DNA from: Candidatus Peribacteria bacterium
GTDB taxonomy: Bacteria; Patescibacteriota; Gracilibacteria; Peribacterales; Peribacteraceae
Direction of reading: 5' to 3'
Length of the DNA stretch: 64,000 nt
NCBI GenBank assembly: GCA_023245865.1
Contig: JAHFJN010000001.1
Coordinates: 486,722-550,721, forward strand
The translations under genes and the position numbers were made by a program. Each line of letters begins with the position of its first letter. The first letter of the stretch is position 1. Below are positions 37,892 to 47,429 of this stretch, in pieces. The notes beneath the pieces are model-generated. The model worked only from the letters and a program-made list of their open reading frames with translations. It was not told the origin of the DNA and ran no database searches.

Positions 37892-39358
37892 ATGTCCCTC
37901 TATCGCACCTACCGCCCAAAAGCCTTCGCCGATGTCGCGGGACAAGATCACATTGTGAGCACCCTTGAGCAGGCGGTGAAGCAGGACAAGCTCAGCCACG
38001 CCTACCTCTTCTCGGGAACGCGCGGCACGGGCAAAACCTCCATCGCACGAATCCTGAGCAAGCACCTGCTCACGCACGGGATCGGCGATGAACTCTTGCG
38101 ACAGCATATCCTCGCCTCGATCGACGAAGGCAGCCTCGTGGACCTGATCGAGATCGATGCCGCGAGCAACACGGGTGTCGATAACATCCGGGAGCTGATT
38201 GAAAAAATACAATTCTCTCCCGTAGTCGGCGGCGCGAAGGTCTACATCATCGACGAAGTGCACATGCTCAGCAAAGGGGCCTTCAATGCACTCTTAAAAA
38301 CCCTCGAGGAACCCCCCGCCTACGCGTACTTCATCCTCGCAACGACCGAACTCCATAAGATCCCCGCCACCATCCAATCGCGCTGCCAGCGCTTTCTCTT
38401 CCGTCCGATTCGCGAGGAGGATTTGATCGCACGGCTCCAGTACATCGCGGACGCGGAACATATCACGGTCGAGCGCACGGCTCTGCGCGCCATCGCTCAC
38501 TCGGTGCAGGGCAGCATGCGCGATGCTATTTCACTCCTTGATCAACTGCGCTCGCTCCCCAATATCACCATCACAGCAGTCCATGAGCGCGTGGGCGAGA
38601 CCGGGCACGAGTACGTCGAACAGATGCTCGCGGCAATCGACGCGCAGGATGCCGGCCTGATCATGGAACTCGTACGAAAACTCGAGGAAGCGGCCGCCCC
38701 GCTCGAGCAATTCACACGATTGCTCCTCGCAGCAGCGCGCGATCGTTTGCATCAGCGGATAGAGGCAAAGCAAGATACGAAAGTCTCACTGGAGCTCCTC
38801 GACGCTTTGTTGACGACAATCAAAGATCTGCGCATCGCCCCCGTCCCGGGACTCGTCCTGGAATCGCAGCTGCTTTCGATCATCACACCAACGGGAGCAA
38901 TCACGAAAGTGGCAGTCGCGCCGGCTACTGTTGACGTCATGGTTCGTCCCTCGACTACGCTCGGGATGACACAAACTATTCAGGATCCTGTGAAAAACTC
39001 AGAGACTCCCCTTAAATCCGCAGAAATCCTCGCTCCCGACCTCACTCTCAGTACACTCACGGAAGTCTGGCCGCAGATTGTCGAAGGGGCACAGCCCGCA
39101 TCCGTAAAAATGTCTCTCAAAAACGGACAGCTCCATGCACTCGAGGACACGAGCGTCGTCCTGCGTTTCACCTCCCTCTTTCATCGCGACAAAGCGGGCT
39201 CCACGGAAGGGTTGCGGTCCATTGAAGACGCACTCGAGCGGATCTTCAAGCGCAGACTCAAGATCAAATGTGTTCTGGATAGCGAAGTCCACGCAGCGGC
39301 ACCTATGGGGTCGGAAGCGTCGGTGAACCTCGCGGAAGCAGCGGCGGAAATTTTCTAA
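37892..39358 (+). CDS. dnaX: DNA polymerase III subunit gamma/tau
   Basis: LYRTYRP, GTRGTGKTS, EIDAASN, DEVHMLS..FNALLKTLEEPP, SRC. Confidence 0.97.
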   Translation: MSLYRTYRPKAFADVAGQDHIVSTLEQAVKQDKLSHAYLFSGTRGTGKTSIARILSKHLLTHGIGDELLRQHILASIDEGSLVDLIEIDAASNTGVDNIRELIEKIQFSPVVGGAKVYIIDEVHMLSKGAFNALLKTLEEPPAYAYFILATTELHKIPATIQSRCQRFLFRPIREEDLIARLQYIADAEHITVERTALRAIAHSVQGSMRDAISLLDQLRSLPNITITAVHERVGETGHEYVEQMLAAIDAQDAGLIMELVRKLEEAAAPLEQFTRLLLAAARDRLHQRIEAKQDTKVSLELLDALLTTIKDLRIAPVPGLVLESQLLSIITPTGAITKVAVAPATVDVMVRPSTTLGMTQTIQDPVKNSETPLKSAEILAPDLTLSTLTEVWPQIVEGAQPASVKMSLKNGQLHALEDTSVVLRFTSLFHRDKAGSTEGLRSIEDALERIFKRRLKIKCVLDSEVHAAAPMGSEASVNLAEAAAEIF

Positions 39359-39395
39359 AATGTTACTGGTTGCTGGTTACTCGTTTCTCGTCACT

Positions 39396-39983
39396 ATGGA
39401 TCTTCGCAATCAGAAAGAGCATCTGCGACGGGCAATTAAAGAGCGCGCCACTCGTCTCACTCCTGAGCAACGCCGTGCCGAGAGTCGCAGCATCGCGCGG
39501 CGGATCCAAGAAAATCTCCCGGAAGGCACCCTCACTATGTGCGCGTACTATCCGATGCCGACGGAGGCGGACCTGCGAGAACTGATCAAAGAATTAATCG
39601 AAAACGGGCATCGCCTCTATCTTCCAAAATTTACAAAAAACCATTTCGAATTTCGTGGCATTGCATCCATCGGAGATCTCATTGCAGGAAAATTCGGACT
39701 GCAGGAGCCATCTGGAAGTGCCCCCCTGCTCGATCTGAAGCATGTCAATGTCGCCCTGATTCCCGGTGTCGCATTTGACCGCCTCGGCAACCGCCTCGGC
39801 CGCGGGAACGGAGGATTCGATCGGTGGATCCGTGATCTGAAAAAAGTGAATCCCGGGGCCCTCGTCTGGGGAATCGCATTGGAACATCAATTGGCAAATG
39901 ACATTCCAACCGAACCGCACGATCAGCGCGTGGATGCAATCGTGACGACACGAGAGATTATTACTTCACCGCTTCCACACTAA
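39396..39983 (+). CDS. 5-formyltetrahydrofolate cyclo-ligase
   Basis: IPGVAFD..GNRLGRG.G.FDR, P.EPHD..VD.IVT. Confidence 0.94.
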   Translation: MDLRNQKEHLRRAIKERATRLTPEQRRAESRSIARRIQENLPEGTLTMCAYYPMPTEADLRELIKELIENGHRLYLPKFTKNHFEFRGIASIGDLIAGKFGLQEPSGSAPLLDLKHVNVALIPGVAFDRLGNRLGRGNGGFDRWIRDLKKVNPGALVWGIALEHQLANDIPTEPHDQRVDAIVTTREIITSPLPH

Positions 39984-40644
39984 GCGCCATCTTGCCAAGC
40001 TGCTCCATATTCATCGCAACTTCGAGTGAAGGTGCAACAACGGCATTGATCACGATCACATCCACATCCTCATAGAGTTTCTTGGCGTTCACGTCCGGCG
40101 GCGCGATCACGGCGTGCGGATGCTCGGCGACAAATTTCTGCACGCGGTCGTTGGCGAGTTTCTCGGTTGCGGGGAACTTCACGAGCTTGGTCATGATGAC
40201 CGCCTTGTCCGCCTTCAGCACGAGTAACACGCTCTCCGGATACGACGTGCCCCCCACGGGCCTGCCGATACCGATGACATAGACCGTCACGAGTCCACTC
40301 CCATTCTTCGTTACTCTGCACTGCATCGGCTTCTGCCGATCAACGGGCAAATACGCACCGGAACTCATCAGCGCCGCGCACGACTTGGAAGCTGTGATCG
40401 CATTTTTCACGGCCGTCGAGAGGTAAAAACCGCTGGCGGTCTTCGGCACCTGATCATACGTAATGAGCGTAGAGAGTGTTCCCTTGAGCGGGGTTGCGCT
40501 GTAGCGCGAATGCACGGGGTACATCATACGGATCCCCAGAGTGTCGGCCGTCACCATCTTCCACTCCACACGATCTTGGAAAAAATAGAACCAACCTGCA
40601 ATGAGCGCCACGAGCAAAATTCCGATGCCGAGAAATGTTTTCAT
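39961..40644 (-). CDS. hypothetical membrane-anchored protein
   Basis: N-terminal TM helix. Confidence 0.7.
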   Translation of the reverse strand: MKTFLGIGILLVALIAGWFYFFQDRVEWKMVTADTLGIRMMYPVHSRYSATPLKGTLSTLITYDQVPKTASGFYLSTAVKNAITASKSCAALMSSGAYLPVDRQKPMQCRVTKNGSGLVTVYVIGIGRPVGGTSYPESVLLVLKADKAVIMTKLVKFPATEKLANDRVQKFVAEHPHAVIAPPDVNAKKLYEDVDVIVINAVVAPSLEVAMNMEQLGKMALSVEAVK

Positions 40645-40673
40645 GGGCCCCACTCTACTCTATGCTGCAAGTC

Positions 40674-41936
40674 ATGCCAAGCTACGACGCACTGCAGGCA
40701 ACGGACCCGCTCATCTACGCAGCACTCAAAGGCGAGATGCGGCGCCAAGCGGAGGGCGTGGAGCTGATCGCCTCGGAGAATTACATCTCCCCCGCCGTGC
40801 TTGAAACGATGGGAACGGTCTTCAACAATAAATATGCGGAGGGCTATCCCGGGCACCGCTACTACGGCGGGCAGGAGTTCACGGACATCGTGGAACAATT
40901 GGCGATTGATCGAGCAAAAAAGTTATTCAACTGTGAACATGCGAATGTCCAACCGCACGCGGGCTGTCCCGCCAACGCCTGCATGTATTTTGCACTGCTC
41001 GAACCGGGCGACACCGTCATGGGGATGGATCTGAGCCACGGCGGCCACCTCAGCCACGGCCACCCCGTCACCTACCTCACCAAAATCTTCAAATTTGTGC
41101 GCTACAAAATGAAAGACATCGAGACGGGTGAAATCGACTACGATGAAATGCGAAGAGTCGCCCTCGAACATAAACCCAAGATCATCCTCGCCGGATTTTC
41201 CGCGTACCCGCGCGAACTCCATTACGCGAAGATGAAAGAAATCGCGCAGGAAGTTGGTGCCTACACGGTCGCCGACATGGCACACATCGCAGGACTGATC
41301 GCGGGCGGGGCACTCAGAAACCCGTTCGACGACGGATTCGATGTGATTACGACGACGACCCATAAGACACTGCGCGGGCCTCGCGGGGGTATGATCCTCT
41401 GCCGCGAAGCCACACTTGGCAAAAAGATCGACAAAGCAGTCTTTCCAGGGTTTCAGGGTGGCCCGATCATGCAGATGATCGCCGCGAAGGCGGTGGCCTT
41501 TGGTGAAGCGTTGAAACCGGAATTTAAGGTCTACGCTGCACAGATCATCAAAAACAGCAAGCACCTCGCACAGTTTTTCATGGACCGCGGCGCGAAACTC
41601 ATCACGAACGGCACCGACAATCACCTCATGCTCATCGACTGCGTGAAATCCTTTGGCATCGGCGGCGCGGAAGTGGAAACAACCCTCGACCGCATCGGCA
41701 TCACGCTCAATAAAAACATGATCCCCGATGATACGCGAAAACCGATGGACCCCTCTGGCGTACGCCTCGGGACCCCCGCGATCACCACCCGCGGCATGAA
41801 AGAATCGGAGATGGAGCAACTGGGGACCTTCATCCTCTCGGCAATCGAGAAGCGCTCTGACAGCGCCGCGCTCGAGAAATTGCATGGAGAAGTAAAGAAT
41901 TTTTGTCTTCGTTATCCTGTGCCTGGAATTGAATAA
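40674..41936 (+). CDS. glyA: serine hydroxymethyltransferase
   Basis: LIASEN, NKYAEGYPG.RYYGG, TTTHKTLRGPRGG, FPG.QGGP. Confidence 0.98.
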   Translation: MPSYDALQATDPLIYAALKGEMRRQAEGVELIASENYISPAVLETMGTVFNNKYAEGYPGHRYYGGQEFTDIVEQLAIDRAKKLFNCEHANVQPHAGCPANACMYFALLEPGDTVMGMDLSHGGHLSHGHPVTYLTKIFKFVRYKMKDIETGEIDYDEMRRVALEHKPKIILAGFSAYPRELHYAKMKEIAQEVGAYTVADMAHIAGLIAGGALRNPFDDGFDVITTTTHKTLRGPRGGMILCREATLGKKIDKAVFPGFQGGPIMQMIAAKAVAFGEALKPEFKVYAAQIIKNSKHLAQFFMDRGAKLITNGTDNHLMLIDCVKSFGIGGAEVETTLDRIGITLNKNMIPDDTRKPMDPSGVRLGTPAITTRGMKESEMEQLGTFILSAIEKRSDSAALEKLHGEVKNFCLRYPVPGIE

Positions 41937-42203
41937 AAATTGTATACAATAATAAGAAATATGTTTTATAGAAGGGAAAATGTCGTATGTAACTTTTTGA
42001 ATACAATTTGTATCCAAACAATGATCTCCACTTACCTCTATATCAGTTCCTTGCGAAGGGGGTGCTGCCTGCGTACGATGATATGAAACCCAAAGAAACA
42101 CACACCTGTTCCTTACGCGACTTACGCTCGTTCCCCCCGGCCAACATTTGTCACCACATTTGAACCATCTGGGTATGCGGAACGTGATCCGTGTCGCTCA
42201 AAT

Positions 42204-42228
42204 AAGACTCCCCTCGGGGAGTCTTTTT
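42204..42228 (+). terminator. rho-independent terminator
   Basis: aagactccc-ctcg-gggagtctt followed by a T-run. Confidence 0.75.
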
Positions 42229-42295
42229 GTTGAGCGCTGCAGCGCGAAACCCCTCCGTAGCCTTGCGCGGAGGAGGGTGATATGATTTGCCCATC

Positions 42296-42682
42296 ATGAA
42301 GAGAATCCGACAAAGTTTTTTGCATGCATGGCACGGGCTGCTCCATGCACTCGAACGCGAGAGGAATCTGCGAACATTTGCCATCGTCGATGCGCTCGTT
42401 CTTTTCCTTGGGGCATATCTGCACCTTCTCATATGGGAGTGGCTCGCAGTGATTATTGCGGGAGGAATCTTCCTCTGCACGGAACTGCTCAATACCGCAC
42501 TCGAACGAACAGTCGATGTCATCGATGAAAACAGAAAAATTGCAGGGGGCGCGGGGTTTCACGCAGGCCTCAAGCAAGCGAAAGATGTAGGGGCGTCGGC
42601 CTCGTTGATCGCGCTCATTCTCAATATCGTAGTCATTGTGATGGTGCTATGGCCGTACGTGGGCATCTTCGTGAAGAAATGA
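42296..42682 (+). CDS. dgkA: diacylglycerol/undecaprenol kinase family protein
   Basis: SF.HAW.GL..E.N.R, ELLNTALE..VD, AKDVGA.A. Confidence 0.9.
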   Translation: MKRIRQSFLHAWHGLLHALERERNLRTFAIVDALVLFLGAYLHLLIWEWLAVIIAGGIFLCTELLNTALERTVDVIDENRKIAGGAGFHAGLKQAKDVGASASLIALILNIVVIVMVLWPYVGIFVKK

Positions 42683-42706
42683 TCCCTGCGCCGGGGGTGG
42701 ATCATT

Positions 42707-42952
42707 TCACGTGAGCTTTTTCCTTTTCCTCTTCGCGTCATCGAACTGTCGGAGAAAAAACTCTTCTTGCTGGTTGCAGGCGACATCGTACGATACATAC
42801 AAGGGTGGCCCCGTTTGGGGCAAGGGCGGCAAGTTGCAAAGCGCATGGAACCCGAGCAGCATGGTGTGAAAAAAGAGCTTCACACCGCCCATCAGGGAAT
42901 CCCGTAGAAGGAATTCCATGCAGAGTGCAATGGCGACGAGCAGGTAGGACAT
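42707..42952 (-). CDS. small hypothetical protein
   Basis: ORF with an AGGAGG site upstream. Confidence 0.4.
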   Translation of the reverse strand: MSYLLVAIALCMEFLLRDSLMGGVKLFFHTMLLGFHALCNLPPLPQTGPPLYVSYDVACNQQEEFFLRQFDDAKRKRKKLT

Positions 42953-43027
42953 GGTCCTCACCTCCTTTCAAGGATCAATGTGGCGCAGAGATCCGCGCTA
43001 CTGTACAAGGAAAAAAAATATGCGCAA

Positions 43028-43055
43028 GTAGGGGCAAGGCATGCCTTGCCCCTAC
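43028..43055. repeat. GTAG-type REP, perfect 28-bp palindrome
   Basis: gtaggggcaaggcatgccttgcccctac; identical copies at 53166 and 53726. Confidence 0.9.
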
Positions 43056-45778
43056 ATTTTTTTCTCCTTCTTTGCCTTCGCCTCGAGCATTCCTTTGCTG
43101 GGCGGAGGCACGCCGCCCGTCGCAATCAATCTCTTCTCAAGGTCTGCCATCTGCATCTTCTCCGGATCACTCAGGGGCTCCCCGAGAAATTCCTTTTTGC
43201 GCAGCGCATTGAACTCATTCATCCACATTTCGCGGTCTCTCCACGCACGGTATTCGTCCAATTTCATCCCCTTTGCCTTCGCTTTTTTTCTCTCCTCTTC
43301 CTCTTTTTCTTTGTTCTTCTCGGCCTTCTTTGCAACCACCTTCGCCTCCCCCGCCGATGCAGCCCACCGATGGATTTTTTCTTCCACAACGCTTCGTTTC
43401 TGAGCGTAACGTTCGCGGCTTAGGGTACGCAGAATCTCCACCCGCTTGTCATCCTGTTCGTACTTCGGTGGAGCCAGCGTTGCAACCGAGAACGGCTTGC
43501 TCGGCACACCATCGATCATGAGGCGCATGTACGCGTGGTACTTCGGGAGACTCAGAATGTCTTTCGCGCTCACCATTTCCTCAAATTGCAGACTGAGCTC
43601 TTCGGCATCGTCACTGCCCACTTGGAAACTGACCATCGATCCCACGTTGCCAAAGACCGCATCGCGCAAGCTGGTATCGTTGCCCGCGATCAAGAGCTGT
43701 CCGACATACTGGTGCGCAACGGTGAGGGCCAAACGATACTTGCGCGCTTCACTGAGAATCGTTGCAAACGATTTGGTTGCGAAGTTCTGGAATTCGTCGA
43801 CGTAGAGGTAGAAATCTTTGCGATCTTTTTCCGGAATATCGGCCCTGCTCATGGCATCGATCTGAAATTTCGTGACGAGCATCGAGCCGAGGAACGCGGA
43901 GGTGTCTTCGCCGAGTTTTCCTTTGCTGAGGTTCACGAGGACAATCTTGCCCGTGTCCATCGCATGGCGCACGTCAAGAGTGCTTCGCACCTGACCGATG
44001 ATGTTACGAATCAGCGGCGTCGTGAGCAATTGTCCGATCTTGTTCTGGATCGCCGCGACAGCCTCGGTGCGGTACTTGTCGCTCCAGCCGGCATATTCCG
44101 TCTCCCAGAAACTCTTCACAACCGGATCCGTGATGTTTGCGACCATTTTTGCGCAGTACGCGCTGTCACCAAACATCCGCAGAATCCCAAGCATGGACGA
44201 ACCTTCGTTTTCGAGCAGAGCCAAAAGGGTATTGCGGAGAATGTGCTCCATGCGTCCGCTGAAGGCTTCCGGCCAGAGCTTGGTAAACACGCTCATGAGC
44301 CCTGAGCAAATCAGCGAGCGCTGATCGGGATCCTTGCTTTCGAGCATGTTGAAAGAGACAGGGTAATCGCGGTCCGCAGGGTCAAAAAGAATCACGTCGT
44401 TGCTGCGACTCCTTGGAATGAACTGCAAAATGGATTCGATCAAATCTCCGTGCGGATCGATGACGGCAATCCCCTTGCCGCTATGGATGTCGGAATAAAT
44501 CATGTTTTCGAGGATGGTGGTTTTTCCCATGCCCGTTTTTCCGATCACGTACATGTGGCGACGGCGGTCATCGGGGCGGATGCCGAACTGCTGGCGATGG
44601 CCGTGGAACAGTGATTCACCGAGGATCGTCAGATTCTCCTTCGTATCAGCCTGCCCTGAGCTTGTGGAATGGGTCACATCTGGAATCGGCAAATTCACCG
44701 GCGGCTCGAGCTTTTTGGCCGTCACCCAATCCATGTTGGAAGTTTTCACGAGAATGTTCGGAATATGCCAGAGGGTCGCCACCTCTTCGGCGGAGAGCAC
44801 GTAGGGGCTCCGTGTGAAGTGCTGAGGAATGGCGGAGCCAACGACGGGATCAGTCATATGAAAGCCGTTACTTTGGGGCAGTGTGAATTGACGGAAGCTC
44901 CCTGCGATCTCGCGGACTTTCGCGAGCGCTTCGCTCTGGTACTTCGCCGGTGTGATCACGCTCACGCGAACGGTCGTGAGGAAGAGGAGTCTGTTCACCT
45001 TATCCACCGCACCGCTGAGCTTGTCCTCGCGCTCGTGGCTGCGCATGCTGACCTTGCTTGGGTCATCGGCGTGTGAATCCTCTGTCCCCTCTCCCGTGAA
45101 GAGCGATATATTCATCTTCGGCTGGAGCCCCGAAAACCATACCCTCCACCCACCGAGCAACATATCGATGGGAAAGAAGAGAAATCTGCGCCACCCGCGT
45201 GCTAAGTGCACCGCGGCAAACAGCCGTGCGTACGCGTCCCAGTGCTTGGAGATGCCCTTCTCGAGGAACGGCAAAAATTTGAGCGCACGCTTGCGGAAAC
45301 GCGGCGCCATCGGATGCAACAAAATCTGCACGTGCCCCCGCATGGCGGGATAGGGATAACGCACGAGCGTCGAGGTAACGCCCGCGATCGTGTCGATGTT
45401 TTGCCGGGTCATCAAGTCGGTGAACTGCGGATAGCGTTTGATGGGGAAAACTTCCGGTTCGTGGAGCGTCAGCTCCGCGGACACAACGATTTCACCATCC
45501 TTCGGCTCAAATAAATCCGGTGACTCCATGTCAATTTCTGCATCGGGGAATTGTCCGTAGAGTTGACTCTCAATAAGAGGCGCCGCTTCAGCATTGGAGC
45601 GCGTGAAGAGTCCGATTTTCCCCTCCGCAAGGCCGATTTCCAGACTCAGCATGTCACGCTTGCCGTGGAGGCTATGGAGAGCCGAGAGTGCGGTCTCGGT
45701 CATTAAGGGCCCGCGCGACGCACTGACCTCATCGGGGTCAGGCAGGCTCGGCCGAATGCGGAGGAGAACAGCACTCAT
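43052..45778 (-). CDS. VirD4/TraD-like (type IV coupling protein-like) ATPase
   Basis: DRRRHMYVIGKTGMGKT, IDPHGDL, LYVDEFQNF, LSEARKYRL..AHQY. Confidence 0.9.
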   Translation of the reverse strand: MSAVLLRIRPSLPDPDEVSASRGPLMTETALSALHSLHGKRDMLSLEIGLAEGKIGLFTRSNAEAAPLIESQLYGQFPDAEIDMESPDLFEPKDGEIVVSAELTLHEPEVFPIKRYPQFTDLMTRQNIDTIAGVTSTLVRYPYPAMRGHVQILLHPMAPRFRKRALKFLPFLEKGISKHWDAYARLFAAVHLARGWRRFLFFPIDMLLGGWRVWFSGLQPKMNISLFTGEGTEDSHADDPSKVSMRSHEREDKLSGAVDKVNRLLFLTTVRVSVITPAKYQSEALAKVREIAGSFRQFTLPQSNGFHMTDPVVGSAIPQHFTRSPYVLSAEEVATLWHIPNILVKTSNMDWVTAKKLEPPVNLPIPDVTHSTSSGQADTKENLTILGESLFHGHRQQFGIRPDDRRRHMYVIGKTGMGKTTILENMIYSDIHSGKGIAVIDPHGDLIESILQFIPRSRSNDVILFDPADRDYPVSFNMLESKDPDQRSLICSGLMSVFTKLWPEAFSGRMEHILRNTLLALLENEGSSMLGILRMFGDSAYCAKMVANITDPVVKSFWETEYAGWSDKYRTEAVAAIQNKIGQLLTTPLIRNIIGQVRSTLDVRHAMDTGKIVLVNLSKGKLGEDTSAFLGSMLVTKFQIDAMSRADIPEKDRKDFYLYVDEFQNFATKSFATILSEARKYRLALTVAHQYVGQLLIAGNDTSLRDAVFGNVGSMVSFQVGSDDAEELSLQFEEMVSAKDILSLPKYHAYMRLMIDGVPSKPFSVATLAPPKYEQDDKRVEILRTLSRERYAQKRSVVEEKIHRWAASAGEAKVVAKKAEKNKEKEEEERKKAKAKGMKLDEYRAWRDREMWMNEFNALRKKEFLGEPLSDPEKMQMADLEKRLIATGGVPPPSKGMLEAKAKKEKKM

Positions 45779-46485
45779 GTACTTCGCAGGAGATCAGCAA
45801 CCAATTCGAGCGCCACCGTGTCATACGCGTAGTCCATCCGCATCGGCCCGATGATGCCAATCGCCCCGGTTTCCCCGCGCAGTTGATAGCGGGTCACGAT
45901 CAAGCTGCAACTCTGGATTTCGGGGAGCACATGCTCGTTACCGATGTAGCAGCGCACATCATCGGTGAGCTCAATGTGTTCGAGGAGATCGCCGATCTTA
46001 TGCTCGAGAACTTCCACAATCCCGCTCGCGAGCAGCGGATGAGTCTGGAACTCCGGCTGGCGGAGCGTATTTGCGAGGCCAAGGTAGTACACGCGGTCCT
46101 TGTGCGGCACGGTCGCAAACGCAACGTTCGTGACCATCTGCGAGAGCAAGCTGACCGCCTCATACACGCGCTCCTGGTCCTTGCGGCGAAAATACAGATC
46201 TTTCAGTGTCTCAAATTTCTGCCGGACTCGCTGCTCCTGCAATGATGGCTCCATGAACTCTTTCACGTACATCTGATACCCTTTCGCAGTCGGAATCCGC
46301 CCCGCCGAAACGTGCGGCTGCTCGAGGAAGCCTTCCTCGCCAAGATAGCGCATTTCATTGCGAATGGTGGCACAGCTCACGCAGAAACTCCCGGCCTCCA
46401 GAATATGATGGGAGCCGATGGGTGTTGCTGTTTGGATGAATTGGTCAATGATCGCAGCCAGCAGCTTCGCCTGACGAGTATTCAT
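45775..46485 (-). CDS. hrcA: heat-inducible transcription repressor HrcA (short form)
   Basis: P.GS..S.ATIRNEM..L.QPH.SAGRIPT.KGY; GIIGPMRMDY. Confidence 0.93.
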   Translation of the reverse strand: MNTRQAKLLAAIIDQFIQTATPIGSHHILEAGSFCVSCATIRNEMRYLGEEGFLEQPHVSAGRIPTAKGYQMYVKEFMEPSLQEQRVRQKFETLKDLYFRRKDQERVYEAVSLLSQMVTNVAFATVPHKDRVYYLGLANTLRQPEFQTHPLLASGIVEVLEHKIGDLLEHIELTDDVRCYIGNEHVLPEIQSCSLIVTRYQLRGETGAIGIIGPMRMDYAYDTVALELVADLLRST

Positions 46486-46496
46486 GGTTCTCAGTA

Positions 46497-46521
46497 TAGC
46501 ACTCATCGCTGGTGAGTGCTA
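46497..46521. promoter_or_regulatory. CIRCE operator
   Basis: TAGCACTC-N9-GAGTGCTA immediately upstream of hrcA. Confidence 0.92.
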
Positions 46522-46529
46522 CGCCGCGA

Positions 46530-47396
46530 TCAATCCAAATTAAGCATTCGGAGCGATCGAAACGACCTTTTGGATGGTACCGGCTGCTGCTTTCTCCCCT
46601 GCTTCAACGGGAGCATCCATGCCTCCGGATCGATCATGCCGAATGTCTTCTGACGTACGTGTGCGAGGAGCGTGAGGATCGATTCATTCCATATCTCTTC
46701 TTTTTGCATCACTTCCCGCGTCGGCTGCGTGATGCGTACCAGATCGGTCAGGAACCGTTCCCAGCCCTCTTTTTGACCACTGAGCATCGTGCGACGTTGG
46801 AATTGATACGCAATCTCCAGTGGCGTATGGACAATACACGGCTGCATCGCGGGTGCCAGGCGACAGCGCAAAGCCTCTGCAATCTGCAGTGCCCGTGACT
46901 GATGATAGTCATGCGTCACCGCCTCCACACGAGGACTGACGGGAATGTGACTGCGCAGATCGAATACTTTTCGCAGTTCCTCGTACGTACGGCGCGAATG
47001 AGAATCGACAATGGGAGCAAGCAAACGTTTGCGGACCGGTTCCGGCACGATGCCCTGAAAAATTGTCAGATTCGTTTCCGCTCCGGTGCGAGGCTTAAGT
47101 CCCCAGTCCCACTGGCACCCCTCGACAAACATCAACTGCGCGCCCTCACCCTCGGGGAGCTGCAAGCCCTGCATACTCGCAGCAACGACACGCCCGATAT
47201 TCTCCACGAGCGGCCGATTGTTCGTGCGAGCATCTTCCAGGAGATCGAGATACTGCTGCTGCGTGGGAACGGTCCCGGTATAGGGATCCATACCCGTCAT
47301 CAACCTTTCATTCCTGCGACGCACCTCCTGCGCATCGTTCCCGGTCGGCGCGGGGGCGTCTCCTTTGAAAAGCGGTGTGAGGGCAATGGTACGCAT
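46530..47396 (-). CDS. divergent YdcF/DUF218-like protein
   Basis: DSHSRRTYEE..VEAVTHDYHQSRA resembles the S..T.EN..VT..H..RA motif. Confidence 0.6.
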   Translation of the reverse strand: MRTIALTPLFKGDAPAPTGNDAQEVRRRNERLMTGMDPYTGTVPTQQQYLDLLEDARTNNRPLVENIGRVVAASMQGLQLPEGEGAQLMFVEGCQWDWGLKPRTGAETNLTIFQGIVPEPVRKRLLAPIVDSHSRRTYEELRKVFDLRSHIPVSPRVEAVTHDYHQSRALQIAEALRCRLAPAMQPCIVHTPLEIAYQFQRRTMLSGQKEGWERFLTDLVRITQPTREVMQKEEIWNESILTLLAHVRQKTFGMIDPEAWMLPLKQGRKQQPVPSKRSFRSLRMLNLD

Positions 47397-47429
47397 GGCA
47401 GCAACGATAAGATTGAAACAATAACGAAA

